64,000 nucleotides of DNA from a virus. Taxonomy: Duplodnaviria > Caudoviricetes. The position numbers and the translations under genes are program-made. The DNA lies in IMG/VR virus record IMGVR_UViG_3300049578_000049, positions 5,443 to 69,442 of that record; one strand, written 5' to 3'. Below the pieces are notes generated by a model, which was not told the origin of the DNA, made no database searches, and worked only from the letters and a program-made list of their open reading frames with translations. Positions 16,781 to 25,273 of this stretch are shown piece after piece. Numbering within the stretch: the first letter of the stretch is position 1; each line of letters begins with the position of its first letter.

Positions 16781-17062
16781 ATGGCCCGCACGTTCGTCTT
16801 CAGCGACAACCTGGCCGCCCGTGCCGAGCTGATCCATGACGACGTGGCTGGTGAGTGGCGCGCCTACTGCGCGGGCTGCTCGCCCGCCTACGACCGCTAC
16901 GACTCCGGCCCCGACCTGCTGCGCGACACGCACGAGCGTTTCTCGCTGGAAGACGCCGAGCAGGTCGCCGCGATCCACGTCGACCAGTGCCGCCGCTGTG
17001 CCGACCCCGACTGCCGTACCCAGGGCCGCCACGACGCCGGCCACCGCTGCCGAAAGGACTGA
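16781..17062 (+). CDS. Cys/His-rich hypothetical protein
   Basis: CAGC, HxxxC, CxxPxC motifs. Confidence 0.6.
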   Translation: MARTFVFSDNLAARAELIHDDVAGEWRAYCAGCSPAYDRYDSGPDLLRDTHERFSLEDAEQVAAIHVDQCRRCADPDCRTQGRHDAGHRCRKD

Positions 17063-17067
17063 TCACC

Positions 17068-17472
17068 ATGCCCGCCGTCCCGAACTGGATCCCGCACGCG
17101 ATCGTCATCCTGCCGGGACTCCTGCCGGGCCTCGATGAGGCGATCCCCGTCAAGGACTGGCGCGCGACCAAGACACAGGTCGTGGTCACGCTGGACAACC
17201 CGAAACGCACCGAGATGCGCTTCTACCTGGATGGCCTGCGACCGGTGGGCAGCGACAGCCGCGGGGCTAAGCTGCTCGACGGCCGTGACCTCGTGACCGT
17301 CGCTCACGTGCAGCGCATCCGTGCCGACGAGGCCGTCGCCGAGCTGGAATTCGAGATCGCCCTGGCTCGCTTCGATCGCATCCGCGGCGACCGCGAGGCG
17401 CAGGCCAGGCTCATCTCCGACCTGCGCGACAAGGCCACGGCCGCGCTCGCCGCCCTGGAGCCGTTGCTGTGA
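17068..17472 (+). CDS. Hypothetical protein
   Basis: AAGGA RBS; start re-picked. Confidence 0.65.
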   Translation: MPAVPNWIPHAIVILPGLLPGLDEAIPVKDWRATKTQVVVTLDNPKRTEMRFYLDGLRPVGSDSRGAKLLDGRDLVTVAHVQRIRADEAVAELEFEIALARFDRIRGDREAQARLISDLRDKATAALAALEPLL

Positions 17473-18173
17473 CCGGGGACGAGGTGTCCTGGGACCTCGG
17501 CGACGAGGACACCGTACGGCTTCGGCCACCGGTGGATCCGTGGCCCGCCCGGGACGGTGACACTCAGGAGCTGTCGGTGCGAGGCCGGCGACAGCCGTAC
17601 GGCTACGTCTACGAGCTGATCCTGCATGGCCAGTCCGACAGCGAGCACGTCTACGTCGGTAAGTGCGTCGGCAGCGCCGAGGCGGCGATCACCCGGCGGG
17701 TGCACGGCCGGAGCCGGAGTGCGCACACTTCGCCGGAGTCGATCGCCAAGGATCCGTGGAAGGCCGGGGTCCTGTCCGGCCGCGCGGGCTGGCGCAAGCT
17801 GGAGACGGTCTACGACTGCGGCGACGAGGCCGAGAACGACCGGGCCCTGCGTCGCGCCGAGGCCGACTGGATCCGCCGGCTTGACCCCAGCGAGAACAAG
17901 GTCCGTCCGGTCCGTTCGAACAGCCGTGCGCCGCGGCGGCCGATACCGCGCGCCGCAGTGGTCCGCCGCCGGCTGGCCATCCGCCGGCGGATCCGGCTGA
18001 CCTTCCTGCTGCTCTTCATGGCCGCGTACACCTGGCTGGCCGCCCGGGTGATCGCCGGCATGGACTTCCCCTGGCCGCAGGCACCCTGGATCGTCTCTCC
18101 GGCGACCGGGGTCATCCTGGGATGGTCGACGTTCTGGTATCTGCACCGAGCCGTCCGGAGGATCCTGCGATGA
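17469..18173 (+). CDS. GIY-YIG-like nuclease domain with two C-terminal TM helices
   Basis: GYVY...VYVGK...RRVHG...H...E..WI...N, followed by a basic stretch and two hydrophobic segments. Confidence 0.65.
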   Translation: MTGDEVSWDLGDEDTVRLRPPVDPWPARDGDTQELSVRGRRQPYGYVYELILHGQSDSEHVYVGKCVGSAEAAITRRVHGRSRSAHTSPESIAKDPWKAGVLSGRAGWRKLETVYDCGDEAENDRALRRAEADWIRRLDPSENKVRPVRSNSRAPRRPIPRAAVVRRRLAIRRRIRLTFLLLFMAAYTWLAARVIAGMDFPWPQAPWIVSPATGVILGWSTFWYLHRAVRRILR

Positions 18174-18562
18174 CCTACCGCCGTGTCAGAAATTTGCAGG
18201 CCATGATCTGTGCCGTCACCTGGGCGGTGTTCGGCGCCGTGACCATCGGATGGCTGGCGATCGTTCCGCTGGCCGGCGTCGGGGCCCTGTCCGTCCACCT
18301 GGCCCATCTGCTCATCTACGGCCGCCGCCAGGTTCGTTTCCTGTCGTTCGATGTCGTCCAGGCGCGCCGGGAGTCTCACGCCATGGGCCTGCCGTTCCCC
18401 GAGGCCGACGGCACCTTGAGCCACCCCCGTCCGATCGGCTGGCACGTCGGTGCGTGCAGGTGCGTGAGCGCCTACACGCCGTCCGGCACGACGATCCTGA
18501 CCGAGGATTCCCGCTGTCAGGACTTGCGCCATCGGAGTACTGGGGGTACAGTAGAATCATAA
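18170..18562 (+). CDS. Membrane protein
   Basis: Two N-terminal TM segments; ATGA overlap. Confidence 0.55.
   Translation: MTYRRVRNLQAMICAVTWAVFGAVTIGWLAIVPLAGVGALSVHLAHLLIYGRRQVRFLSFDVVQARRESHAMGLPFPEADGTLSHPRPIGWHVGACRCVSAYTPSGTTILTEDSRCQDLRHRSTGGTVES
18524..18557 (+). promoter_or_regulatory. Promoter TTGCGC-N17-TACAGT containing the GGGGGTACAG motif
   Basis: Motif at 18542-18551. Confidence 0.8.
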
Positions 18563-18591
18563 GCAGGGCAGGACGAACCAGGGAGATCGAG

Positions 18592-18867
18592 ATGGCCCGC
18601 ACGAAGACCCCCGCCCCGCTGACCGTCACCAAGGCGACCAGCCAGGCCCGCCGGATCGTGGACCGGATCATGCCGGGCATGATGGCCACCGTCGACAGCA
18701 AGCTGTCCCACGACCTCGCGACCGACACGGCGACCGTCATCACGACGGTCACATTCCCCGAGAACGCCGACGGCCAGCGTGACCTGTTCCGCGCGCTGGA
18801 GACCCTGTCCGGGGCCGAGTCCACCACGTGGGGCATCGCCCGCATCACCGTCGAGCGCACCCGCTGA
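18592..18867 (+). CDS. Hypothetical protein
   Basis: GGGAG RBS; follows the motif promoter. Confidence 0.65.
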   Translation: MARTKTPAPLTVTKATSQARRIVDRIMPGMMATVDSKLSHDLATDTATVITTVTFPENADGQRDLFRALETLSGAESTTWGIARITVERTR

Positions 18868-18881
18868 CAGGAGGATCCGAC

Positions 18882-19055
18882 ATGTTCACCGACCGCGACC
18901 TGCTCGACCAGGTGCTCCGCACGCTGGACGGCAACGAGGACGACTTCGACACTCAGGCCATCGTGGACGAGATCCAGTCCCGTTACGGCCTGGTCGACAT
19001 CGACACCATCGACAGCTCCGCCTACTGGGACATCGTCGCGCGCCACACGCACTGA
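18882..19055 (+). CDS. Small acidic protein
   Basis: AGGAGG RBS. Confidence 0.65.
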   Translation: MFTDRDLLDQVLRTLDGNEDDFDTQAIVDEIQSRYGLVDIDTIDSSAYWDIVARHTH

Positions 19056-19080
19056 CCGATCTTCATTGAGAGGGCCGACC

Positions 19081-19359
19081 ATGGCAGACGACTACGTCTC
19101 CAATCACAACAACGAGATCATCAACGCCGCGGTGCGATACATCAAGCAGACGAACAGGGCGCTGGCCGATGCCGGTATCGAGCCGCGGTTTGATTACTAC
19201 TACGAGGGCTTCGGTTCCGGCGGCACGGCGGGGGCGACCATGGAGCAGATCATCCAAAGCATCCGGGGTCTCACATCCGCACAGGGGCCGGAGTGGCGGT
19301 TCAACACCCGCATCAAGTTCATCACCATCAAGGTGACCGCCAAGGACACCTTCTCCTGA
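19081..19359 (+). CDS. Hypothetical protein
   Basis: GAGAGG RBS. Confidence 0.65.
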   Translation: MADDYVSNHNNEIINAAVRYIKQTNRALADAGIEPRFDYYYEGFGSGGTAGATMEQIIQSIRGLTSAQGPEWRFNTRIKFITIKVTAKDTFS

Positions 19360-19376
19360 CCGAGAGAGAGCAGACC

Positions 19377-19490
19377 ATGAGCACGAAGACCAGCCACCGC
19401 CGCGCTGCCGTCCGGACCGTCCGTCGCTACGCCCGCGCCGACTTGACCGCCATCCTGGCCGGCTGCCGCGCGCCCCGACGTAACCGGTAA
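19377..19490 (+). CDS. Small basic peptide
   Basis: GA-rich RBS; 37 aa, Arg-rich. Confidence 0.4.
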   Translation: MSTKTSHRRAAVRTVRRYARADLTAILAGCRAPRRNR

Positions 19491-19505
19491 CCATTCTTAA
19501 CAATT

Positions 19506-19532
19506 GACCCCCTCCCAGCGAGGGGGTCTTTT
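19506..19532 (+). terminator. Intrinsic terminator
   Basis: GACCCCCTC-CCAGC-GAGGGGGTC-TTTT. Confidence 0.75.
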
Positions 19533-19535
19533 GCT

Positions 19536-19829
19536 GTGGAAAAACGGACACCTATGCAACTAGGTGACAAGTGCAGGGTCTCATGCGATACTCAGCTCAT
19601 GAGTGCGATGAAGATCGATACAAGCAACAAGCTGACCTATCAGGCGAGTTACCGGATGCTGTCCGACGTGACCGTCCAGGTGACCGTGATTGATCGCCGG
19701 GTCGAACTGACCATTCGCGACGCCGACGGCGAGCCGGTGGCGCCCTTGATGAACGGCGACGAGGCCGACGAGGTCGCGTCGATGCTCCGCACGGCCGGGA
19801 GGCTGGCGACGTATCCGCAGGGGGCCTGA
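19536..19829 (+). CDS. Hypothetical protein (start uncertain)
   Basis: ORF between the terminator and the BldC-like gene. Confidence 0.5.
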   Translation: MEKRTPMQLGDKCRVSCDTQLMSAMKIDTSNKLTYQASYRMLSDVTVQVTVIDRRVELTIRDADGEPVAPLMNGDEADEVASMLRTAGRLATYPQGA

Positions 19830-19831
19830 CG

Positions 19832-20041
19832 ATGCGCGATCCACTGCTTCCCGACGGCGACCGCCTGCTGACCCCGGCCGAGGTAGCCAGCGTGTTCCGG
19901 GTGGACCCGAAAACCGTGACCCGATGGGCAAAGGCTCGCCGGATCAAGGCCGTTCGCACACTCGGCGGTCACAACCGGTTCTGGGAGTCCGACATCCGCC
20001 GCCTGCTGGAGGGAGAGACCCATGGCGACCACGAGGGTTGA
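19832..20041 (+). CDS. bldC: BldC-family MerR-type HTH regulator
   Basis: LLTPAEVASVFRVDPKTVTRWAKA...RTLGGH.R closely matches the Streptomyces BldC core as I recall it. Confidence 0.85.
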   Translation: MRDPLLPDGDRLLTPAEVASVFRVDPKTVTRWAKARRIKAVRTLGGHNRFWESDIRRLLEGETHGDHEG

Positions 20042-22331
20042 CCGGCGTTCGCGCAAGGAGCAGTACGACCGGCACGCCGTCAAGGTCACGGAGCAGCCGC
20101 ACCGCTTTCTCGGGTTGTTCCTCGCCGTACCTGCCGGACTGCTCACCTCCTGGCTGATCCACGTCTGGACGCTCGGCGTCGATCTGCACTGGGGCCCGAT
20201 CGACTGGACGGTCCGCGCGTCGGCCGCGGCACCGTACGTCGCCGTCGCCCTGATCACTGCGGCGACCATCGGCCTGGCGGTGCTGGCGTGGCACTTCGCC
20301 GAGCACCGCAAGGCGGCGCTGCGCTCCACCCTGACCGGCTCGGTCGCCGCGATCGGCGCCCTGTTCGCGATCAACGTCGGCACCGGCCCGCACTACTGGT
20401 GGTCCGGCCTGTTCGTGCTCGTCGGCTGGTTCGTCGCGATCACATGGTCCATCGTCCGCCTCGACGTCACCCGCAACGACAAGCACGAGGGCGACGAGCA
20501 CGACGACTCGCTGCTGGAAAGGCTGAACCTGAAGGGCTGGCGGGTGCGCAAGGTGCGGCACCGCGCTGACGACCGAGGTGAGCCGCTCGCCTCGGAGGTC
20601 GAGTTCCAGCACGCGCCGGGCGACACGGTCGACCAGCTGCAGGAGGCCGTGCCCGGCGTCGAGTCCGCCACCGGCCGGCCCGGTGGCCTGTCCTCGGCGA
20701 TCGGCGATCCGGACCGTGCCGACCGGAGCACGCTCACCCTGATGCACCAGGATCCGTTACGGCACCTGATCGCGCTGCCTCCCACGTCCAGCCCGGGCGG
20801 GTCGATCACGGATCCGCTGGTGGTCGGCACCTACCGGAACGGCCAGCCCGTGCACGTCTTTCTCGGCGGCGGACCGGTTGCCGGCGCGCCGAGCGTCTAC
20901 CTGTACATGGGGATGTCGCGCTCCGGCAAGACCGTCACCGAGAACGAGATGCTGACCGAGCTCCAGTCGCGGCGCGACGTGGTGATCCTCTACCTGAACC
21001 GGGCCAAAGGCTTGCAGGACATTCGTCCCGTCATCCCCGGCATCGAGGCCGTGGTGGTCGATGACTCCGGCTCCGGAGCCCCGTACCGGACCGCGCTGAA
21101 GATGCTCAAGCGGATCATGTCCTACCGCTCCCGGCAGCTCGGCCTGTTCGGGATCTCGGCCTGGTCCGCGCAGGAGTGCTTCCACAACCCGCCGTGGCGC
21201 ACCGACGAGCACGGCAAGCGGGTGCGGATGGAGCCGATGCCCGCGCTGATCGCGCACGTTGGCGAGGCGGACGACATCCTCGCCAATCTTGGCGACGAGG
21301 GCACCTACGTCGTGAGCAAGGGGCTGTCCCTCGGCGTCATCTCGGGGTTCTCGCTGCAGCGGGCCAGCTGGAAGTCGATGCCCACCGACCTGCGGTACAA
21401 CATCAACACGGCGTTCTGCTTCGGCACCGGCGACGACGAGTCGGCAGAGTTCGCGCTGAGCAGGTCCACCATCAAAGCGGGTGCCCGGCCGGATCAGTGG
21501 AAGGCGCGTAAGCCCGGCTATTTCTACCTGGAGGGCCTAGGCATCGACGAAACGCTCTTTCCTGTCGCCGCGCGTTCCTTCGGTATCGCCGCCCATTCCG
21601 ACGCCGATCTCCCGCAGGACGAAAGGTCCCGTCGGCTCGCCGCCGAACTGATCCGGCGCAATATGTCCTGGGCATCGAGAATGGCGCGGCTCGACGCCGG
21701 CTCGGTGCAGGCGACCGCGTTGGAGGAGGGCGGCACGTGGTGGGACGCCGCCCGCAAAGACGCCGACGACCTGCGGGCCGCGATGCTGCACGGGGCGGTA
21801 CTTGCGGCCCCGCAAACCCCTTCCGCAAGTTCGCAGGTTGCGGGGCCGGACGAGGACGACGACCTGGACGAGGAGATGGAGAGGATGCGGGAAGAGATGC
21901 GGGAGATCAGCGAGGTGGAGGGGACCGAGCTGTACCCCGCAGACCTGAACATGACCGTTGACGATGCGACCACCCCCGTGCGGGTGGATCCTCCGTCCGA
22001 CGACGAGGTGTCGTGGGACGAGGACGACCTGCCCGCACCGCGCGACCGGGCCGCGGCGCTCGCCGCCGTGCTCCGGGCGCTGGACGAGCTGCTGGCCGAC
22101 GAGACGATCCGCGACCCGGACGACCCGACCGGCCGGACGGTGCTGGTGACCTCGGGGATGATCGCCGAGCGGTACACCTTCCGAAAGCGGCCGTTCTTCG
22201 TCGCCGTCCTGGCGGACATCGCGGACGGCGAGATCGACGCCGGCGACCGGATCCTGGAGCGGGCGGACGACCTGGGCGCACACAAGGGGATCTACCGCCT
22301 GTACCGAGCCACGGCCGATCACGCGGCGTGA
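20022..22331 (+). CDS. traB: TraB/TraSA-like FtsK/SpoIIIE-family conjugative DNA translocase
   Basis: N-terminal TM helices, Walker A GMSRSGKT, Walker-B-like LIAHVGEA, SLQRA, acidic linker and a C-terminal wHTH-like domain. Confidence 0.82.
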   Translation: MATTRVDRRSRKEQYDRHAVKVTEQPHRFLGLFLAVPAGLLTSWLIHVWTLGVDLHWGPIDWTVRASAAAPYVAVALITAATIGLAVLAWHFAEHRKAALRSTLTGSVAAIGALFAINVGTGPHYWWSGLFVLVGWFVAITWSIVRLDVTRNDKHEGDEHDDSLLERLNLKGWRVRKVRHRADDRGEPLASEVEFQHAPGDTVDQLQEAVPGVESATGRPGGLSSAIGDPDRADRSTLTLMHQDPLRHLIALPPTSSPGGSITDPLVVGTYRNGQPVHVFLGGGPVAGAPSVYLYMGMSRSGKTVTENEMLTELQSRRDVVILYLNRAKGLQDIRPVIPGIEAVVVDDSGSGAPYRTALKMLKRIMSYRSRQLGLFGISAWSAQECFHNPPWRTDEHGKRVRMEPMPALIAHVGEADDILANLGDEGTYVVSKGLSLGVISGFSLQRASWKSMPTDLRYNINTAFCFGTGDDESAEFALSRSTIKAGARPDQWKARKPGYFYLEGLGIDETLFPVAARSFGIAAHSDADLPQDERSRRLAAELIRRNMSWASRMARLDAGSVQATALEEGGTWWDAARKDADDLRAAMLHGAVLAAPQTPSASSQVAGPDEDDDLDEEMERMREEMREISEVEGTELYPADLNMTVDDATTPVRVDPPSDDEVSWDEDDLPAPRDRAAALAAVLRALDELLADETIRDPDDPTGRTVLVTSGMIAERYTFRKRPFFVAVLADIADGEIDAGDRILERADDLGAHKGIYRLYRATADHAA

Positions 22332-22332
22332 G

Positions 22333-22466
22333 ATCTGTCAGCTGACAGCCGCCGGCTCGCGGCGGCTTCCTTTTCTTAGGGGGAGGTCGGCTTCTGACAC
22401 CGCTATCTGACATCTGACAGCATCTATCTGACAGCTAAGCATGATCACACAGAGTGTTATCTGACA
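22333..22466. repeat. clt-like array: five (A/T)TCTGACA direct repeats plus the palindrome CTGTCAGCTGACAG, directly downstream of traB
   Basis: Copies near 22392, 22405, 22412, 22426 and 22459; palindrome at 22335-22348. Confidence 0.8.
22347..22377 (+). terminator. Intrinsic terminator after traB
   Basis: AGCCGCCG/CGGCGGCT stem followed by TCCTTTTCTT. Confidence 0.65.
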
Positions 22467-22480
22467 CCGGAGGAGACGAG

Positions 22481-22825
22481 ATGAGCAAGGGCCTGGATGC
22501 CCTGTCCGAGGTACCCACGAAGACATCGCAGTGGCAGGAGATGATCGCCGTCTCGACGGCGCACTTCAACGCCAACGCCAACCGGCTGCAGGCGATTGGA
22601 GCCATCCTGGGCAAGCGTCTGCCGCACGCGAAGAACCTGCGCGCCGCGATCAAGCTGCCCCAGCGGGTGTACGCGGCTGCCATGATCCGCCGCTACCTGA
22701 ACCAGGCCGCCGCGGCGCAGGCATCGGCGGCGGCGGCTCTGAACAAGGCGAACGGGGTGTACGAGGGGACCTTCAACACCCGCAACTCCCAGGCCCGCAC
22801 CAGCACCTTCGACGCGGCCGCCTGA
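22481..22825 (+). CDS. Small helical protein, TraA-like transfer accessory candidate
   Basis: GGAGG RBS; Ala-rich helix then Y...F...R..AR...FD at the C-terminus; adjacent to traB. Confidence 0.5.
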   Translation: MSKGLDALSEVPTKTSQWQEMIAVSTAHFNANANRLQAIGAILGKRLPHAKNLRAAIKLPQRVYAAAMIRRYLNQAAAAQASAAAALNKANGVYEGTFNTRNSQARTSTFDAAA

Positions 22826-22833
22826 GTCCGACG

Positions 22834-22969
22834 TGCGGGTCCGCAACTCTGTGCGGACACCGCACCCGAGACCCGCAACCGAAGGGCACGCCGCGGCCGG
22901 CGTTGCGGGCCCGCATGGTCCGCACGCTGCCGCGCGTGTGCGGCATACCGCCCGCAACGTTGCGGGCGG
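22834..22969. repeat. CCGCA/TGCGG repeat cluster including a 22-bp perfect palindrome
   Basis: About 11 pentamer copies, 5 of them CCGCAAC/GTTGCGG; CCGCCCGCAACGTTGCGGGCGG at 22948-22969. Confidence 0.7.
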
Positions 22970-23005
22970 GCCGACCCGGCGAGCCGTTGCCGGGAACCGA
23001 GAGGA

Positions 23006-23320
23006 ATGGAGAGGAAAACCGTGGCGATCATCAATTCTCGTCAGCTCGGCGAGGAGATCGAATCCATCCGGAACGAGCTGGGGAAGCTGATCGGCAAATT
23101 GCGGGAGGCGCCGACTCCGCTATTGGCCCAGAAATTCGCCGAGGACGCCATCCGGGCGGGCATGAAGCCGAACCGGGCGATGGCATCGGCCGAGGCGCTG
23201 ACCTCCTGGCGCAATTCGGCGCTCGAGGAACTGGAATTGGCCGAGGGATACTGCGGCTCGCTGTCGCATGTCGTGGCCGCGATGGAGTACCACTCCGGCC
23301 GCACGCTCCGGAACTACTGA
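23006..23320 (+). CDS. Hypothetical helical protein (start may be the GTG at 23021)
   Basis: GAGAGG RBS elements. Confidence 0.65.
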   Translation: MERKTVAIINSRQLGEEIESIRNELGKLIGKLREAPTPLLAQKFAEDAIRAGMKPNRAMASAEALTSWRNSALEELELAEGYCGSLSHVVAAMEYHSGRTLRNY

Positions 23321-23385
23321 CGACCGGGCTGATGGCACCGTTCATGCTCTAATAGGGACGAGACGAGACCGAGAGGGCGCGAACG

Positions 23386-23754
23386 ATGGGCATGACGCGG
23401 AGCGAGTGGTGGTCGGTGGCCGAGAAGTCCGCGGCCGAGCACTACGGCCGGAAGTACGCCAGTTTCTTCATGTTCCGGCGGTGGATGGCCGGCCCGCTCG
23501 GCGTGGTGCTGGCGGCCGGCGCCTTCGGCTGGGGAGCGTGGTGGGTCTGGACGCACGCGGCTGCAGCGTTCACCCGGCCCGGCGCCGGACTGCCGTCGGG
23601 GGTCTGGGTACTGGCTGGTGCCTGGCTGGTCGTCACGGTCGTGGCCTACCGCCCGGGCCGGGGATTCGCGATGCCCGGCTTCAGAATCGTCAAGGGCTTC
23701 GTCGTCGTCGCCGGATGGCTCACCCTAGCCGGCTACGTCATCGCGTCGCTCTGA
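23386..23754 (+). CDS. Membrane protein (3 TM), Spd-like candidate
   Basis: Hydrophobic segments; located in the transfer module. Confidence 0.65.
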   Translation: MGMTRSEWWSVAEKSAAEHYGRKYASFFMFRRWMAGPLGVVLAAGAFGWGAWWVWTHAAAAFTRPGAGLPSGVWVLAGAWLVVTVVAYRPGRGFAMPGFRIVKGFVVVAGWLTLAGYVIASL

Positions 23755-23770
23755 CACCGTCCAGCGATCG

Positions 23771-23794
23771 AGCCCCGCTCCGGCGGGGCTTTTT
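23771..23794 (+). terminator. Intrinsic terminator
   Basis: AGCCCCGC-TCCG-GCGGGGCT-TTTT. Confidence 0.75.
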
Positions 23795-23890
23795 CGTGCC
23801 TAGAGATTACAGGCGGGCGTGGATGCCCTACGATGTCGTTACGGGACGCGCGCCGCACTGGGCGCAAACCGGACACCGAGAGGAGACGAG

Positions 23891-24343
23891 ATGACCGACC
23901 TTGTGCCGACGGACGTACCGATCGTCGGGCACCCTGACGAGATAGCCATGGTCCTGCGCACCGCAGCGCACCGCGGGAACCTGCTCACCGACCCGCGGCG
24001 GATCACGCCCAGGCGCCTGGCCGACGGCCGTCACGCCGTGAAGGTCCGGATGCTGATGCCCCGCCAGCCGGTCCGGGCGCGCGCCCGGCGCTGGTTCGCG
24101 ACGCACGAGGTGGCCGGGGCGATGGTCAAGGCCTTCGCGTTCGTGATGACCCTGGCCGCCATCGGCGTGGCACTGCTCGCCGTGACGGTCGCCCTGGCCC
24201 GCAACGCGCTGGCCGGCGTCGACTGGACGCCGCTGATCGGCGCGGCCGCCGCGGCCGCAACGTTGCTCCTGGCCGTGAACCGTGCCCGCCACTCCGGCAC
24301 CTGCCCCGGCATCGCCGTGCACTGCAAGGGCTGCAAGCACTAG
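23891..24343 (+). CDS. Membrane protein with a C-terminal HxxxCxG...HC motif, Spd-like candidate
   Basis: GAGGAG RBS; two TM segments; ends HSGTCPGIAVHCKGCKH. Confidence 0.65.
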   Translation: MTDLVPTDVPIVGHPDEIAMVLRTAAHRGNLLTDPRRITPRRLADGRHAVKVRMLMPRQPVRARARRWFATHEVAGAMVKAFAFVMTLAAIGVALLAVTVALARNALAGVDWTPLIGAAAAAATLLLAVNRARHSGTCPGIAVHCKGCKH

Positions 24344-24357
24344 CGCCTGACCAAGCA

Positions 24358-24393
24358 GAAAACCGCCCCCCACCCGATCGGGTGGGGGGCGGT
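24358..24393 (-). terminator. Terminator of the late operon (32-bp perfect palindrome, probably bidirectional)
   Basis: ACCGCCCCCCACCCGATCGGGTGGGGGGCGGT preceded by AAAA, between convergent genes. Confidence 0.75.
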
Positions 24394-24406
24394 GCTGTGT
24401 CGTCGA

Positions 24407-24649
24407 TCAGAAAACGGAGCGGGACTTCTCGCGCTTGGCCTTGTAGGCGGTCAGCAGGCCGACAAGGGTCGCCGCGCCGGTGCCGACGAGCGGCACCCAC
24501 CATCCGGACCACCCGGACGTGTCGATGCCGGACAGGCTGTCGATCAGCCCGTCCAGGACGGCCGTGGTGCCGATGCCGAGCAGGCCGGTCACCCACACGC
24601 CGAGCTTGGAGTCACGGAAGAGCTGGTTCTTGCCGTCGTTCGGTTCCAT
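24407..24649 (-). CDS. Holin-like protein
   Basis: 80 aa, two TM segments, basic C-terminus; last gene of the lysis cassette. Confidence 0.7.
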   Translation of the reverse strand: MEPNDGKNQLFRDSKLGVWVTGLLGIGTTAVLDGLIDSLSGIDTSGWSGWWVPLVGTGAATLVGLLTAYKAKREKSRSVF

Positions 24650-24652
24650 GGT

Positions 24653-25261
24653 TCATGCCTCCTGTTTGTTGCGGCCCCACGGCCGGCGCCCGGTGAACGG
24701 CCAGGCGAGAATGAGGGAGATGATCGCGCCGAGCGCGCCGGGGAGCAGGATCGGCGCGGTGACGAGCAGGATGCCGGATACCGCCGGCGCGTCCCGCCAG
24801 AACTGGCGGCCGTACGCCCGCCGCGAGTTAAAGCACGACGCGAGCCGGACCGCGGCCCACATCTGCCACCGCGTCACCCACGACACGCCGAGGTCCTCCA
24901 TCGCCCGCCGGAAGATCCCGTCGACTTCCCGCGACGTGGCCGGCGGATCCAGCGTCACCGACACACCGATCTTCCCCTGGTTGAAATCTCGCCGTCGAGC
25001 TATCCACTCCGCCAGCTCAACCAGCAACCAGTCGTGCAGGACGGCCGCCCGGGTGTACGGGCCGTAGGGCCGGATCTTCCAGATCAGGAAGCGGGGGACC
25101 GTGGCGAAGTCGGTCACGAAGCCGACCGGCACGGTGAACGTGTCGCCCTGGGTTCCGGTCCAGATGAGCGGGGCGAGCACCCGCCACGTGTCGTCGCTGG
25201 CCTCCTGCACGCTCAGCCGGGAGTCGAACGCGTCGGGCCTTGGCGTCGTCAATATCGTCAC
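24653..25261 (-). CDS. DUF1353-family protein
   Basis: VPVGFVTDFATVP...AAVLHDWL...DGIFRRAM. Confidence 0.85.
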   Translation of the reverse strand: MTILTTPRPDAFDSRLSVQEASDDTWRVLAPLIWTGTQGDTFTVPVGFVTDFATVPRFLIWKIRPYGPYTRAAVLHDWLLVELAEWIARRRDFNQGKIGVSVTLDPPATSREVDGIFRRAMEDLGVSWVTRWQMWAAVRLASCFNSRRAYGRQFWRDAPAVSGILLVTAPILLPGALGAIISLILAWPFTGRRPWGRNKQEA

Positions 25262-25273
25262 GGATCTATTTTC

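Noticed and set aside
22333-22969. CRISPR array
   Set aside because: Repeats are only 5-8 bp with irregular short spacing; no cas genes.
12200-24343. Integrase, attP or ParA in the control block
   Set aside because: No tyrosine or serine recombinase motifs or deviant Walker A were recognised. The tRNA-like elements were considered as att remnants, but no duplicated 3' end was found in the window.
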